The notes under the pieces are model-generated. The model was not told the DNA's origin. It saw only the letters and a program-made list of their open reading frames with translations, and did not search any database. A stretch of DNA of 62,516 nucleotides, taken from positions 1 through 62,516 of IMG/VR virus record IMGVR_UViG_3300023199_000083; one strand, written 5' to 3'. Made by a program: the position numbers and the translations under genes. Shown here piece after piece: positions 29,001 through 37,193 of this stretch; position 1 is the stretch's first letter; every line of letters starts with the position of its first letter. Origin of the DNA: a virus (lineage: Duplodnaviria; Caudoviricetes).

Positions 29001-30287
29001 CTCCCGAGTCATCGTTTCTTCTTGATTGGACGCATCGAATCGGACAATCTGCTTGAGGCTATCGTGGTGCAGTTCCGCCACGCCGGACCCGAGCCCTGTC
29101 CCGGCCGTCTTGCTCGACAATGTTTGGCCCAAGATGTATCGCGTGATCTGGTCTCCGAAGAAGTCGTCGACCAAGTGCTGCAGCGCTTGAATCCCGCCAG
29201 TGTTCGGTGGAATCTGCTCAATCGACGGCATGTTCGGCATCGCCGGATCATACGGGACCAGAATTATGTTCGTATTGGCCTGGTTCCGAGCCGCGTTCTC
29301 CATCTCTTTTTTGTATGGATCGTTTCCGGACGGGTAGTAGTAGACCGTGAATCCGATCCCGGTTCGCTCGACCACTTCGACGAGCTGGGCAAGCGTTTCT
29401 TGTTTCTGGTACCAGCTCCAGTACAGGAAGTTCCGCAGCCCGACGCCTTTGATCTGAGAGCCGGTTATCGGGTCTTCGTACTCGCCGTCTCGCACCATGT
29501 GTTTGTGAACGGTGATCTGTTTCCGCTCCCACCGCTCGAAGAACACCGCCGCGCCTTCAGGCGTGTAGGTCCACAACCGCTCGCCTGCGATCTTGTCGTC
29601 GTTCATCTTCAGAAGCGCCAGGCTGACTCGAACGCCCATCTGATCCGGGTCGAAATGCCCAGTCCCATCATCGTACCGCCAAATCAGCTTGTCTCCCGAT
29701 ATGGGCGTGTACTTGTCCACATAGATGGACCGGCGTCGATTCCGATCGATGTGGTAGGCGTACTCGTTGAACATCGCCACGCGACCGTACCAGATAGCCT
29801 CCGCAAGCCAGTTCCGGTACTGCGTAAAGTAGGGCGTCCGCTTGACGATCTTGGTTAGCGTATTCGCTGCCTCGACCAGTTCAGGGTCCTTTTCATCTTC
29901 CGGCTCGATGGACCAGTCGAGAAGTGCCACCATGCGCATACGGGCTTCGAGCGGCCCTTCGATCATAATGTCATTGCGCATCATGGCCGCGTTGGAGCGG
30001 CTGTGTCGGATCGCCTCGTCCGAGTTCCGATAGGTCTTGGCCAGCGTGCTGGTCAGGCCGGAGAACGTCATAATGTGCGGGACAGGAGGTCGTCCGGCAC
30101 CGGGCGGGATATCGTCGGTCACGCCGGTAGACGGGTCCCACGGCCGACTCGCTGCTTCGAGTTGACGGCGGTACCGAATCGGCGCACGGTCGCCCAGGTT
30201 GTACGTCCTGCCACCTGCGCGGAATCCGCCCGGATCATCGACCACGAAGGTATTATCCACCAGTGGCCGGGCTATTTGATCGGTCAT
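26028..30287 (-). CDS. Portal protein (Mu gp29/DUF935-like) fused to a sigma-70 module and an acidic C-terminal domain
   Basis: About aa 60-500 portal (EAIWYG, YILGQTLSS, GSGVAELH); sigma region 2 GMIGLWDAAQRFDPNRGVPFKSYA; region 4 LSELPEKKR...KDIAAERGVSKAYISQ. Confidence 0.88.
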   Translation of the reverse strand: MTDQIARPLVDNTFVVDDPGGFRAGGRTYNLGDRAPIRYRRQLEAASRPWDPSTGVTDDIPPGAGRPPVPHIMTFSGLTSTLAKTYRNSDEAIRHSRSNAAMMRNDIMIEGPLEARMRMVALLDWSIEPEDEKDPELVEAANTLTKIVKRTPYFTQYRNWLAEAIWYGRVAMFNEYAYHIDRNRRRSIYVDKYTPISGDKLIWRYDDGTGHFDPDQMGVRVSLALLKMNDDKIAGERLWTYTPEGAAVFFERWERKQITVHKHMVRDGEYEDPITGSQIKGVGLRNFLYWSWYQKQETLAQLVEVVERTGIGFTVYYYPSGNDPYKKEMENAARNQANTNIILVPYDPAMPNMPSIEQIPPNTGGIQALQHLVDDFFGDQITRYILGQTLSSKTAGTGLGSGVAELHHDSLKQIVRFDASNQEETMTREFVSPLRDYNMPQYRNADFYFRLKTETSIPPNLMQEISQLWNMGGKLKSSEIMDKLGLSVPQDGDEVLYNPQIRMAIEEAENPPPPGPEEGGGPIMGPGGPINPQTPVGEPGGESGGGESGGGESGGEPPPEPGPQQMRKKRYAAPGQRQRTFDWGTEDEDKHPRQPEGTPGSKGGQFAPKGQGQSGPSFGTGQKPLHPRKETDPKPATTPPDAAAGAAAEQEPAQPPREEPPRQPARPESRQPAPAPQPRPAPQTRPAEIDPVEEAMENEEQYHRAQELYDEHLPMVRTAASRKAGRDREKRDWLEAAGMIGLWDAAQRFDPNRGVPFKSYASQYINGYMLNELRTEARQTRVARGVGGTGEDAPDMGTVADPDAQEPFEAPGTVEALEQVEGLLSELPEKKRDLLERTFGIGRRREEGPQQQKDIAAERGVSKAYISQELKRTLEQLRQGMKHHYRYVLATAIKQRLIIRAGSQSPIRYEQRRAPQGHTADNPLYLAGKPYVGGQWIPQEEWEKFSDEEKAMIEGAGAPDATQVRGTPEAIDAEEEELPPDQEPEEDGPDAVAEAEPEHEPEVGEEPDPEETADQPQTAAEDARAAARLRTHNIQDIDQYTLDRVMDNLRNNDRPGMESKLGEGHAQMAQAAWNRGYKDRGSIAEAMKLGAQAQRQAESVQQFAEDLTALVENFFPEKAAEETTEPGLEPGPEMEAEQMPPTDPEQRPQAGRGKQQLVQELGRLNPGTVLPGDDQWTKVFYPPHGPEFWRNRDGVEVQSERMVDFGHVTGDTLDEYQQQLDQQQAQMQDEEERISEIASEFGLPARDYGDTVAMKRFVKYVANSLGYHAKGETGDQRALDAAEYLSEHMGRLDDLVTAASDLGHTPVAGVDKVRQADYAVRHILNTAKAGGWQPPIPPSHVQREIVRGNHAAVSQYQDAIVDAILHMQQSGDERQVGIIDALANAVGGRRNLYILAGVLAASFLAYSMAFGRRDFGRTI

Positions 30288-30352
30288 TTAATTGCTCACA
30301 CAAACCGCTGTCACGCTGTCATTCCACCCGGCGTGCGTTGAAGATTGGCCGC

Positions 30353-31372
30353 CTACCAATATCTCCATCTCGTATCAACTGTCGTCGGCTGCTCTGCCGC
30401 GCGCCGCTCTTCCCCAATACCCGGAAGCGTAGACCGAACCGCCTTCCGTCGCCCCCATCCGACGGTCGGTACGGTTCGCACTCGGAACCCATCTCTGGAC
30501 GCCTTCCGTGGCACGTAAATGGAATCGCCCACCACGCTCGGCGCAACCAGGATGTACGGCACCTGATGCTCCCATAGGCTACCACAGACTCGGAGCCGGT
30601 GCCATACGAACTCCCCCTTGCTCCGCGCCGACTTCATGTCCTCGTAGACGCTCGCCGGGACCGGACGTGCCTTCGAGCCGTAAGCGTAGATCGGGCCTTT
30701 GATGTGCGACCGGTGCCCCATCTGATACGACTCGCCCGAGCAACTGTTAACGCGCGGCGTGTATTTTATGTTCGCTCCCGGTGCCTTGTACGCGACGTAC
30801 AGGATGCCTTCCTTGTGATCGTATCCGAACCCCCAGACGTTGCTTGACTGGGGCGTTTCGATCATATTCGCGAACACGTCCGCTTCCGAGCCGTCATCGA
30901 TATGCGGCGCGGCGATTGTGGGCAGAATCCGCACGTCCTCGCGTGCGTCGTCCTCGACCCCCGGCGGGTAGCCTGTATGGGGCCGCACTCGCTCTCCGGG
31001 CGCGCCAACTGGACGCGGCTGGCTCACGGTCGGTACGTCAGCATGTCCGGGCTGCGGAGGCATCCCTGGGTACCACGGCTGATCTTCCGGACGCGGGGGC
31101 TGTGGATCCAGTTCGGGAGGGTCCGGGTAGCTGACCGGATACCGATCGGCACCCCCCGGCTCGACTCGGAACCCGGACCGCATCAGCAGATCGATCGCGT
31201 TGCGGATGTCGCCTCGGGTCGGCCTCTGGCCCAGCGCGAACACGTCGACCAGCGTTCCGAGCAGTTCTCCGACAGGCCCGTACAGAGAGCCCAGCGCTCG
31301 GCCCACGCGGCGACCGCGACTTTGGATGACCTCCTCGATCACCCGCTCTTGTTCTTCGCGAGTTAGGGCCAT
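30353..31372 (-). CDS. KTSC-domain protein
   Basis: SSNVWGFGYD...LYVAY...YAY...VPASVYEDMKSARSKGEFV. Confidence 0.75.
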   Translation of the reverse strand: MALTREEQERVIEEVIQSRGRRVGRALGSLYGPVGELLGTLVDVFALGQRPTRGDIRNAIDLLMRSGFRVEPGGADRYPVSYPDPPELDPQPPRPEDQPWYPGMPPQPGHADVPTVSQPRPVGAPGERVRPHTGYPPGVEDDAREDVRILPTIAAPHIDDGSEADVFANMIETPQSSNVWGFGYDHKEGILYVAYKAPGANIKYTPRVNSCSGESYQMGHRSHIKGPIYAYGSKARPVPASVYEDMKSARSKGEFVWHRLRVCGSLWEHQVPYILVAPSVVGDSIYVPRKASRDGFRVRTVPTVGWGRRKAVRSTLPGIGEERRAAEQPTTVDTRWRYW

Positions 31373-31404
31373 GCTAGAATTCTACTCGATTCCGGGCTGT
31401 GTGT

Positions 31405-31433
31405 GTTAATCGGCCCGCCTTTAGCGTTATAGT
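31405..31433 (+). promoter_or_regulatory. GTTAAC-family promoter (GTTAAT-17-TATAGT), probably leaderless
   Basis: ATG 6 nt after the -10; a divergent TAGAAT sits 6 nt before ATG 31372. Confidence 0.55.
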
Positions 31434-31439
31434 AGGGTA

Positions 31440-31766
31440 ATGATGGCAAAAATACCAGAACCAGCTATGTTTTCTCGACCAACCGCTGAAATCCGGGATG
31501 ATCTGAAGGCCCGTCGCCTGATGGCTCGGATGCTCAAGCGTGCCGGGCTGTCTTTCCCCGTCCGGCTCGATCGACGGCAGGCGGATGCGATCCTGGAAGC
31601 GTTTAACAGGCTTCCGGAATCAGCGACCAACAGACACGGCCCGGATACAGCAACCGAGGGGTGGCTGTCGGCCTACCTGCACCTGTTCTCTGTCCTGGAG
31701 ATGGCGGTGGCGTCGGGGTTACCGGACGGAAAGGCGGACAATGGCGTCAATACTGTCACTGATTGA
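31440..31766 (+). CDS. Hypothetical protein
   Basis: Follows the promoter. Confidence 0.6.
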   Translation: MMAKIPEPAMFSRPTAEIRDDLKARRLMARMLKRAGLSFPVRLDRRQADAILEAFNRLPESATNRHGPDTATEGWLSAYLHLFSVLEMAVASGLPDGKADNGVNTVTD

Positions 31767-32097
31767 GTCTGCGCATTATCTTTTTTCCAGCCGACTCCAG
31801 TACAGTGGTGCTGTTAATGCGCATCTGAAACTGGCCTTAATGAAGGCCGCCGAGCATGAAGGGCTGGCCCTGATCCAGAACGAGCTGTGGTACACGCCCG
31901 AGCAATGGAGCAAGGCCCTGTTCGCCAGGATCATCACGGTTTCGCCTTCAAGTGGCACGACCAGCACGTTCGCGTTCCATTACTACATCCACGATCTAGT
32001 TCTGGCCGGGTCGCTGCGCATCACCGTCGAAGAGCCCGATGATTCTACAGTTCGGATGGAAGTTCATTGGAGCGTCAATGCGGCGTGGCTGAATTGA
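31741..32097 (+). CDS. Hypothetical protein containing a 69-bp copy of tail-gene sequence
   Basis: ATG 31741 with RBS-like AAGGCGGA. Confidence 0.55.
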   Translation: MASILSLIESAHYLFSSRLQYSGAVNAHLKLALMKAAEHEGLALIQNELWYTPEQWSKALFARIITVSPSSGTTSTFAFHYYIHDLVLAGSLRITVEEPDDSTVRMEVHWSVNAAWLN

Positions 32098-32169
32098 CGG
32101 GTTCTCGCCACCCGCCGAAGTCACACCTAGAGATCAATCGGTGCCCGGCGTTCGGCGTCCAGACTGTAC

Positions 32170-32544
32170 TCACACTGTGTTCGTGCCCTCGACCCCTCTG
32201 GCCACCCTGTCGCGCGTTCGCTCGTGAAGCCACATCATCGCCTCTTGAATCTTCGTTAGCGCCAGGGCATTTTCTCGACACGCATACGGACCCGACTGGA
32301 ACCCCTTTAGGCGGTCAGCGACGATCGCCAACAACGCTTCGTTGCTCACGCCGTTGACACCGGTCTCGCCAATCGGTCCGTTCTGAAACTGGATGTTGCA
32401 CAGCTCCACATCATCCTCGTTCTTTAACCACTTGAGAATCTGGTACTCGTGGCACGCGCTGCCCTCGCCTGGTTCGTCAAGCACGTTGATGAGCAGCGCG
32501 TCGTTAATTCCGCTTGTCTTGTGGCTGGTTAATACTTTACCCAT
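32170..32544 (-). CDS. tad1: Thoeris anti-defence sponge protein Tad1
   Basis: PGEGSACHEYQI...IQFQNG...LLAIVADRLKGFQSGPYACRENALALTKIQEAMMWL..R..RGVEGT matches the Tad1 motif chain. Confidence 0.88.
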   Translation of the reverse strand: MGKVLTSHKTSGINDALLINVLDEPGEGSACHEYQILKWLKNEDDVELCNIQFQNGPIGETGVNGVSNEALLAIVADRLKGFQSGPYACRENALALTKIQEAMMWLHERTRDRVARGVEGTNTV

Positions 32545-32632
32545 GTCACTATCTCCCAAACGTGCCACCGAATAATGTGTTGCAACCGAGCGTCGATGGC
32601 TGCTGCTGTTGCAATTGCTGTCAATACAGCGT

Positions 32633-32851
32633 CTAATGCGTCTTAGTATCCCTAATCACCCGCCGCCCGCCACCGCTGGCATGCTGCAACGTGCCGACAA
32701 ACGGTATCTCGATGCCGAGCACTTCCAGCGCACATTCCGGGCATCGTACCCGCATCTGATCTTGGCAGCCGGGCGGGTCGCCGTCGCAAGCGCCTCGGAT
32801 TGGATCGCCGCATGAGATGCAGTGGGTGCTTTTGGTTATCTTGGTGTTCAT
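32633..32851 (-). CDS. Small zinc-finger protein
   Basis: CISC...CPEC. Confidence 0.5.
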   Translation of the reverse strand: MNTKITKSTHCISCGDPIRGACDGDPPGCQDQMRVRCPECALEVLGIEIPFVGTLQHASGGGRRVIRDTKTH

Positions 32852-32888
32852 CGGCCGGCCTGTGTATTGGTTGTTATTTGGTCGTACG

Positions 32889-33314
32889 CTAAAGGCGGGC
32901 CAGTCCAGCCTCTTCACGTAATTCATTGCATTTCTCACTGCCGATTTCAAATTCGCGGCACACCGCTGGTTTCGTTTCGTGAATAGAGCAACGATCCGCA
33001 TCATCCAGCATTGGGCAGCGTCCTGCTTCACCTCCGTACCATTTCAACCTGTACTCTTGCTCGTCCTCGATTCCTCGAACTGGCTGGACAACTGGCAGCA
33101 ACTTGGGCTCACGATCAACGTCAGACTGAAAGATTTCCACGATCAATGACTTGCAACACAGTCCGCACCCGTCACACGAACCCAAGCACCCGGGAATAAA
33201 ATGCCCGTCAATGGTTCTGCATCGCACGATACGCCCACCGCCTCCATAATACGTAGCGATAGGTGCGGCACTCTGACAACTCCGCGCCGAGATCGAAGGT
33301 GTCGGCAATGGCAA
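32889..33314 (-). CDS. YkgJ-family cysteine cluster protein
   Basis: CDGCGLCC...CPML...CSIHETKPAVCREF. Confidence 0.8.
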   Translation of the reverse strand: MPLPTPSISARSCQSAAPIATYYGGGGRIVRCRTIDGHFIPGCLGSCDGCGLCCKSLIVEIFQSDVDREPKLLPVVQPVRGIEDEQEYRLKWYGGEAGRCPMLDDADRCSIHETKPAVCREFEIGSEKCNELREEAGLARL

Positions 33315-33332
33315 GTGGTGGTTGTTTGGTCA

Positions 33333-33944
33333 TCACTTCCCCTTGTCATCGCCCTTAAGTCCAAGCGTCTCCGCAAATCGGAGAAACGCGCGCTCGGCGT
33401 CGTCTGGCATCCAAAACCGGAAAATTACCTGCCGAGCCTCGATCTCTGCGAAACCTTGCCATTCTTCACGGTCATCGGGCCATAGCGTCAACTTCTCGGC
33501 TTTCAACATCATCCGGTCAAACCGCTTCACGGTGTCGGCCCACCGCTCGAAATTAATGCCAAACGATCCTGCTACGGCTTGTTCCATCCTCGCCTCGACA
33601 ACGGCGTAATCCGGCAACATAACTTTCAGCGGCTTGACCACATCACCAATGTACGCTTCAGCGGCATCGTGAAGGAACACGGCGCGCAACGCATCGCCGA
33701 CATACCCTTCGGAGATCGCCAGCGCCGTCGCATGGACGCAATGCTCGGCCAAGCTGTAGAACCTTGGACAATGGCACCCAAACCGGCATAGCTTGCTGAG
33801 CGCCGCTGCAATCGTGTCGATGTCAATCGCGTCCGGTGTCGGGTTCGCTAGATCAATGTAGTGACCTGCCGCCACCTTAATCGTGTTTCCACGGCAGCCC
33901 GTAAGATCGACCGGTGTTTTGGTTTTGGTCATTGTTGCTTCCAC
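33333..33944 (-). CDS. HD-domain phosphohydrolase (YfbR/YfdR-like nucleotidase)
   Basis: ALSKLCRF.CH...YSLAEHC...LHDAAEAYIGDVVKPLK. Confidence 0.88.
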   Translation of the reverse strand: MEATMTKTKTPVDLTGCRGNTIKVAAGHYIDLANPTPDAIDIDTIAAALSKLCRFGCHCPRFYSLAEHCVHATALAISEGYVGDALRAVFLHDAAEAYIGDVVKPLKVMLPDYAVVEARMEQAVAGSFGINFERWADTVKRFDRMMLKAEKLTLWPDDREEWQGFAEIEARQVIFRFWMPDDAERAFLRFAETLGLKGDDKGK

Positions 33945-34225
33945 TGAAAACTACTACAATAATCAGACTCCGCAACCATCGGCCTGGCCTGGACAATGCC
34001 GGGACTCACCACGCTTTCAACCGGCCCTAGGCCTGTAGTTTTTCGGTCTACCGCCGCTTGACGGTAAAGCACGACCGGGGGCTGTAGCATACACTCTCCC
34101 GCACCCGTCGGCACGTTCCCATACTCGACCGGCACAATGTCCCTGAACTTCGTCGGCTTGCGCGTCGTCTTCGCTCGATACCAGCGGCAGTTGATGCACG
34201 CCTGTTGTTTCGAATGGTCACTCAT
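33929..34225 (-). CDS. Small Cys-motif protein
   Basis: CINCRWY...GEC...PP...DYCSSF. Confidence 0.65.
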   Translation of the reverse strand: MSDHSKQQACINCRWYRAKTTRKPTKFRDIVPVEYGNVPTGAGECMLQPPVVLYRQAAVDRKTTGLGPVESVVSPGIVQARPMVAESDYCSSFQWKQQ

Positions 34226-34252
34226 TATGTTTACACTTCCAGAGAATGGTTG

Positions 34253-34465
34253 TCATGTGGCGTTCACACGGGGCCCTCCAAAATGCTCAGCGGCACACGT
34301 CGCGCAAAAGTACCCGCCGCAATAGTAGCACCGGAACGCTAACCGAACTGGCATCTCCGTACCACACTCACACGGCACTTTGCCCTCTTTTGCACATTTG
34401 AATTGCATCGCGATGAACTCCCGCCACGCTAGCTCTAAATCCGGGGTGGCCGCAATCCTTCGCAT
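34253..34465 (-). CDS. Zinc-finger cassette protein
   Basis: CECG...CYYCGGYFCATCAAEH; ATG directly after GTT. Confidence 0.6.
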   Translation of the reverse strand: MRRIAATPDLELAWREFIAMQFKCAKEGKVPCECGTEMPVRLAFRCYYCGGYFCATCAAEHFGGPRVNAT

Positions 34466-34550
34466 AACAATGCGATGCAACGGATCCGCGTTTATCGTCT
34501 TTCATAATGGTTAATCTTTTCTCCGGCCCCGGTTACGCGGGACGTTCTAC
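34462..34550 (-). repeat. attC-like site M4
   Basis: GTAGAAC...GTTATGC (minus); arms only partly matched. Confidence 0.75.
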
Positions 34551-34870
34551 GGCTCGATCGATCGCACCGCTGAAGCGATTGCAGCCGCGGCCGTCAATGT
34601 CCCGTTCACCTTGTCCAATGACTGACGACACTCACGGAGCATCACGGCAGCTTTCGGCAACCCTTGCCGGTTCGCGTCCACGATCAGATGTTCCAGAATG
34701 TCCTGCATCAAGTAAATCAACCGTTCCTCTTGCCCCACAGTTCGCGGATCGGTCACAAGTGATCCGTGATCGTTTCTCGCGTAGAGCAAGTCTGCAATCC
34801 GATGAATCGCCGTAGAACCATCGCATGCACGGGAGCCGTCGTCCACGTCGGTTTTTGAATCCATGTCCAT
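34547..34870 (-). CDS. Cassette protein (start inside the attC loop)
   Basis: GGAGAG-ATG in the M3 loop; stop overlaps M4. Confidence 0.65.
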   Translation of the reverse strand: MDMDSKTDVDDGSRACDGSTAIHRIADLLYARNDHGSLVTDPRTVGQEERLIYLMQDILEHLIVDANRQGLPKAAVMLRECRQSLDKVNGTLTAAAAIASAVRSIEP

Positions 34871-34901
34871 CTCTCCGGCCCCGTGATGCGGGGCGTTATC
34901 C
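34812..34901 (-). repeat. attC-like site M3
   Basis: GGATAAC-GCCCCGCATCACGGGGCCG...CGGCTCCCGTGCATGCGATG-GTTCTAC. Confidence 0.85.
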
Positions 34902-34903
34902 AG

Positions 34904-35161
34904 CTATTCACACTGGCATTCTTCTACTGCCTTTTCGCATTGTCCGCAGCGAGAGACTCGCCATCGCCCAACCGCGATCAATTCGTTTGCTTCTGCACAC
35001 GATTCAGCCGTGGGGCATGTCGCGTGCAAATACTGATTCGGGTTCCGTCCGTCGTTTTCGCTCATCGGCCGCACTGTGCTAATCGTATCGCCACGCCTGC
35101 ACCACCGCTGGATAACAAGCGGATCAACCGGAGTTGCCGACGACGCTGTTTTTGTATGCAT
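34904..35161 (-). CDS. Cassette protein (start inside the attC loop)
   Basis: GGGAGAG-ATT-ATG in the M2 loop. Confidence 0.6.
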   Translation of the reverse strand: MHTKTASSATPVDPLVIQRWCRRGDTISTVRPMSENDGRNPNQYLHATCPTAESCAEANELIAVGRWRVSRCGQCEKAVEECQCE

Positions 35162-35200
35162 AATCTCTCCCGGCAACCCGGTTATCCTTGGACGTTATCT
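35110..35200 (-). repeat. attC-like site M2
   Basis: AGATAAC...GGATAACCGGGTTGCCG...CGGCAACTCCGGTTGATCC...GTTATCC. Confidence 0.88.
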
Positions 35201-35470
35201 GGATGATTCCCGCTTAGCTTTGATTCGTCGCATTGCCTCACGTTGCATCCGTTTCGGTTCCTTACACGCTTCCCAGTCGCCGGACATCTCATCGACGTAC
35301 AGCATATTGGTCGGCCCAAATCTGACAACGAGCCGCTTCGGCGGTCCTGCGCGGTCGTATGACTCTTGACCTACCAACACGACAACCGGCTTATCCAGCC
35401 TCAACAGTCCTGTCGGTGTTGGGCACTTCTCATCAGGCAAAAACCAGTACCAACCGGGTCGCTTCGGCAT
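35195..35470 (-). CDS. Cassette protein (PxxPGWYW motif)
   Basis: MPKRPGWYWF; TAA stop lies within AGATAAC. Confidence 0.7.
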   Translation of the reverse strand: MPKRPGWYWFLPDEKCPTPTGLLRLDKPVVVLVGQESYDRAGPPKRLVVRFGPTNMLYVDEMSGDWEACKEPKRMQREAMRRIKAKRESSR

Positions 35471-35478
35471 ACGTCACC

Positions 35479-35570
35479 AGATAACAATCACATGCACTCA
35501 AAGCCGCGAAGACGTGCTCGTGCAAAATGGTCAATCAACCGTCGAGACCCGGTAAACACAAACGTTATCC
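35479..35570 (-). repeat. attC-like site M1 (chimeric arms)
   Basis: GGATAAC...GTTATCT (minus). Confidence 0.7.
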
Positions 35571-35762
35571 GCCAGGATTCACCACGGAACGCACTGCCGC
35601 ATCTTTGGCTTCCAACAGTTGTCGCAACGATACGGTCCTTTCGGGGCCGCCGTCGATCGTTTCGACGATAGTTGCCGCAAGGTCGTGGAACGGCTTCGAC
35701 ACGCCTTGCAGATGTTCCGGCAAATGACCGTACTCAAACCACTTCATCATTCGCTCTTCCAT
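35565..35762 (-). CDS. Small helical-hairpin protein, possibly an Acb2/Tad1-like sponge
   Basis: FEYGHLPEHLQGVSKPF..LA...GPERTVSLRQLLEAKDAAVR; AAGGAG RBS. Confidence 0.6.
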   Translation of the reverse strand: MEERMMKWFEYGHLPEHLQGVSKPFHDLAATIVETIDGGPERTVSLRQLLEAKDAAVRSVVNPGG

Positions 35763-36069
35763 TTCCAACTCCTTCACTGAAGTGTCCACCAGTTGCCACA
35801 GCGCCACGAACGAGTCGCCGAGCGGAAAAAAATACATGTGCCGGCTGGTCACGTAAAACGGATAACAAAGCGATGAACGACGAGCCACCACCGCCCTCGT
35901 GATTCGACGCGGGTTCGTCGTAGATCGCTGTTTGATTGCTCATCGTTTTTCTTTCGTGGCCCGTGGCCGGGTTATCGCAGACGCTATTTGATTCACAAAA
36001 GCCCCTTGCGGGAACCGATCCCGCTCCTCCGGTCGACCCGGTACTGCACATCCTGTTGGCTCGCTACTC

Positions 36070-36098
36070 AACATAACCCATCCACAACCCCAGTTAAC
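36070..36098 (-). promoter_or_regulatory. GTTAAC-family promoter for the minus accessory arm
   Basis: GTTAAC-17-TATGTT. Confidence 0.6.
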
Positions 36099-36605
36099 AT
36101 TCTACAGGCAAAATTTCACCCCGTTTCATTGACCACAAAGCCGCAACCCAAATTCAACGTTCAAATTTTTGGAAATGCAACCTCATGAACAGATTGACGG
36201 TCACTATCTCAGAATCGTGCCGGAAGCCAGGCCCAAAAAGAATCCAAATCAGGAAAACTGCCGACATCGAACCTCTCTCATTTGCAAGGACGTTTTGGTG
36301 TCTGGAGCCGGTGGGGGGCACCCCCTCGCTCGCGACCCCCCCCCCTCCCCTATGATTTGACCGTACGGGCTGGTGGATTCAGCCCCGGTAGCCTGCCAGC
36401 CTGGCGCTATGCCGGACCCGCCAAGGGCGTCGATTCCCCCCTTAGCCCCGCACCAGGCCCCGCCGCACCTTCACCAATTCTTCACCGCATGCGTTCATTC
36501 CCCTGTCCCGAACGTGAGCCAGCTCACGCTCACGGCCCGTTTTGGCAACGGATGCCAGTGTACCGGTCGGCTAGTACACCGAGAGCCCCCCGGCGCCGGG
36601 AGCCG

Positions 36606-37034
36606 CTACGGGGGCGGATCCTCCCCCTGCGGCCGGGTCCGGCGCTGGACCGATGGCGACGTGAGCCCCGGATGGAGCGGGCAGTCGGCACGAGGGCAGC
36701 GACAGCCGCGGGGCCGGCCCTGGCGCCCGAGCCCGCCACGGATGCCGGCGGCCTGCTCAGCCTCCATTCGGGCGCGGGTTGCTGCGTATTGGCGGCGACG
36801 GGCGTCCACATGGGCTACTCGGTCGATGCAGTCGTCGAGGTGGACCAGGACCCGGCCATCGGCGAGTGTCAGCGTGCGGACGCGGGCTAGACGGACCCAT
36901 TCTCTGACAGTGCTATAGCTCCGACCGCACGCTACGCTCGCGAAACTCACCGAGCTGTATCGTGAATAGGCTCGTTTGCGCTCTTTGGCACGTTTTCTTG
37001 CACGTTTTCGGCGTTTTGCTCGTTTCTTGGCCAT
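36606..37034 (-). CDS. Basic-tailed winged-HTH-like DNA-binding protein
   Basis: K/R-rich N-terminus, then ASVACGRSYSTVREWVRLARV...GRVLVHLDD. Confidence 0.55.
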   Translation of the reverse strand: MAKKRAKRRKRARKRAKERKRAYSRYSSVSFASVACGRSYSTVREWVRLARVRTLTLADGRVLVHLDDCIDRVAHVDARRRQYAATRARMEAEQAAGIRGGLGRQGRPRGCRCPRADCPLHPGLTSPSVQRRTRPQGEDPPP

Positions 37035-37090
37035 TGTACTATATCAGACCCGGGCGCTTTGTCCGACTCTCGATTTTCCTCTAATTTTCT

Positions 37091-37119
37091 GTTAACCGTC
37101 GTCGCAAACTGGGTATCCT
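37091..37119 (+). promoter_or_regulatory. GTTAAC-family promoter
   Basis: GTTAAC-17-TATCCT. Confidence 0.6.
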
Positions 37120-37193
37120 ACTGTAGCCCGCACCGGAGCGGGAAGTAGTTGACACCACACTTAGGGCCGCGCAAGCGGCGGGAGGTTGACCGG

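Larger units (their letters stand above)
34462..35570 (-). mobile_element. Minus-strand array of attC-like gene cassettes
   Basis: Four attC-like palindromes (35479-35570, 35110-35200, 34812-34901, 34462-34550) separate single genes; cassette ends are complementary. Confidence 0.85.

Noticed and set aside
21677-30287. Transposable Mu-like phage
   Set aside because: Head genes are Mu-like, but no transposase A/B or host-DNA ends are seen
33333-33944. DatZ of a 2-aminoadenine (Z-genome) pathway
   Set aside because: No PurZ or DNA polymerase recognised; a generic HD nucleotidase is more likely
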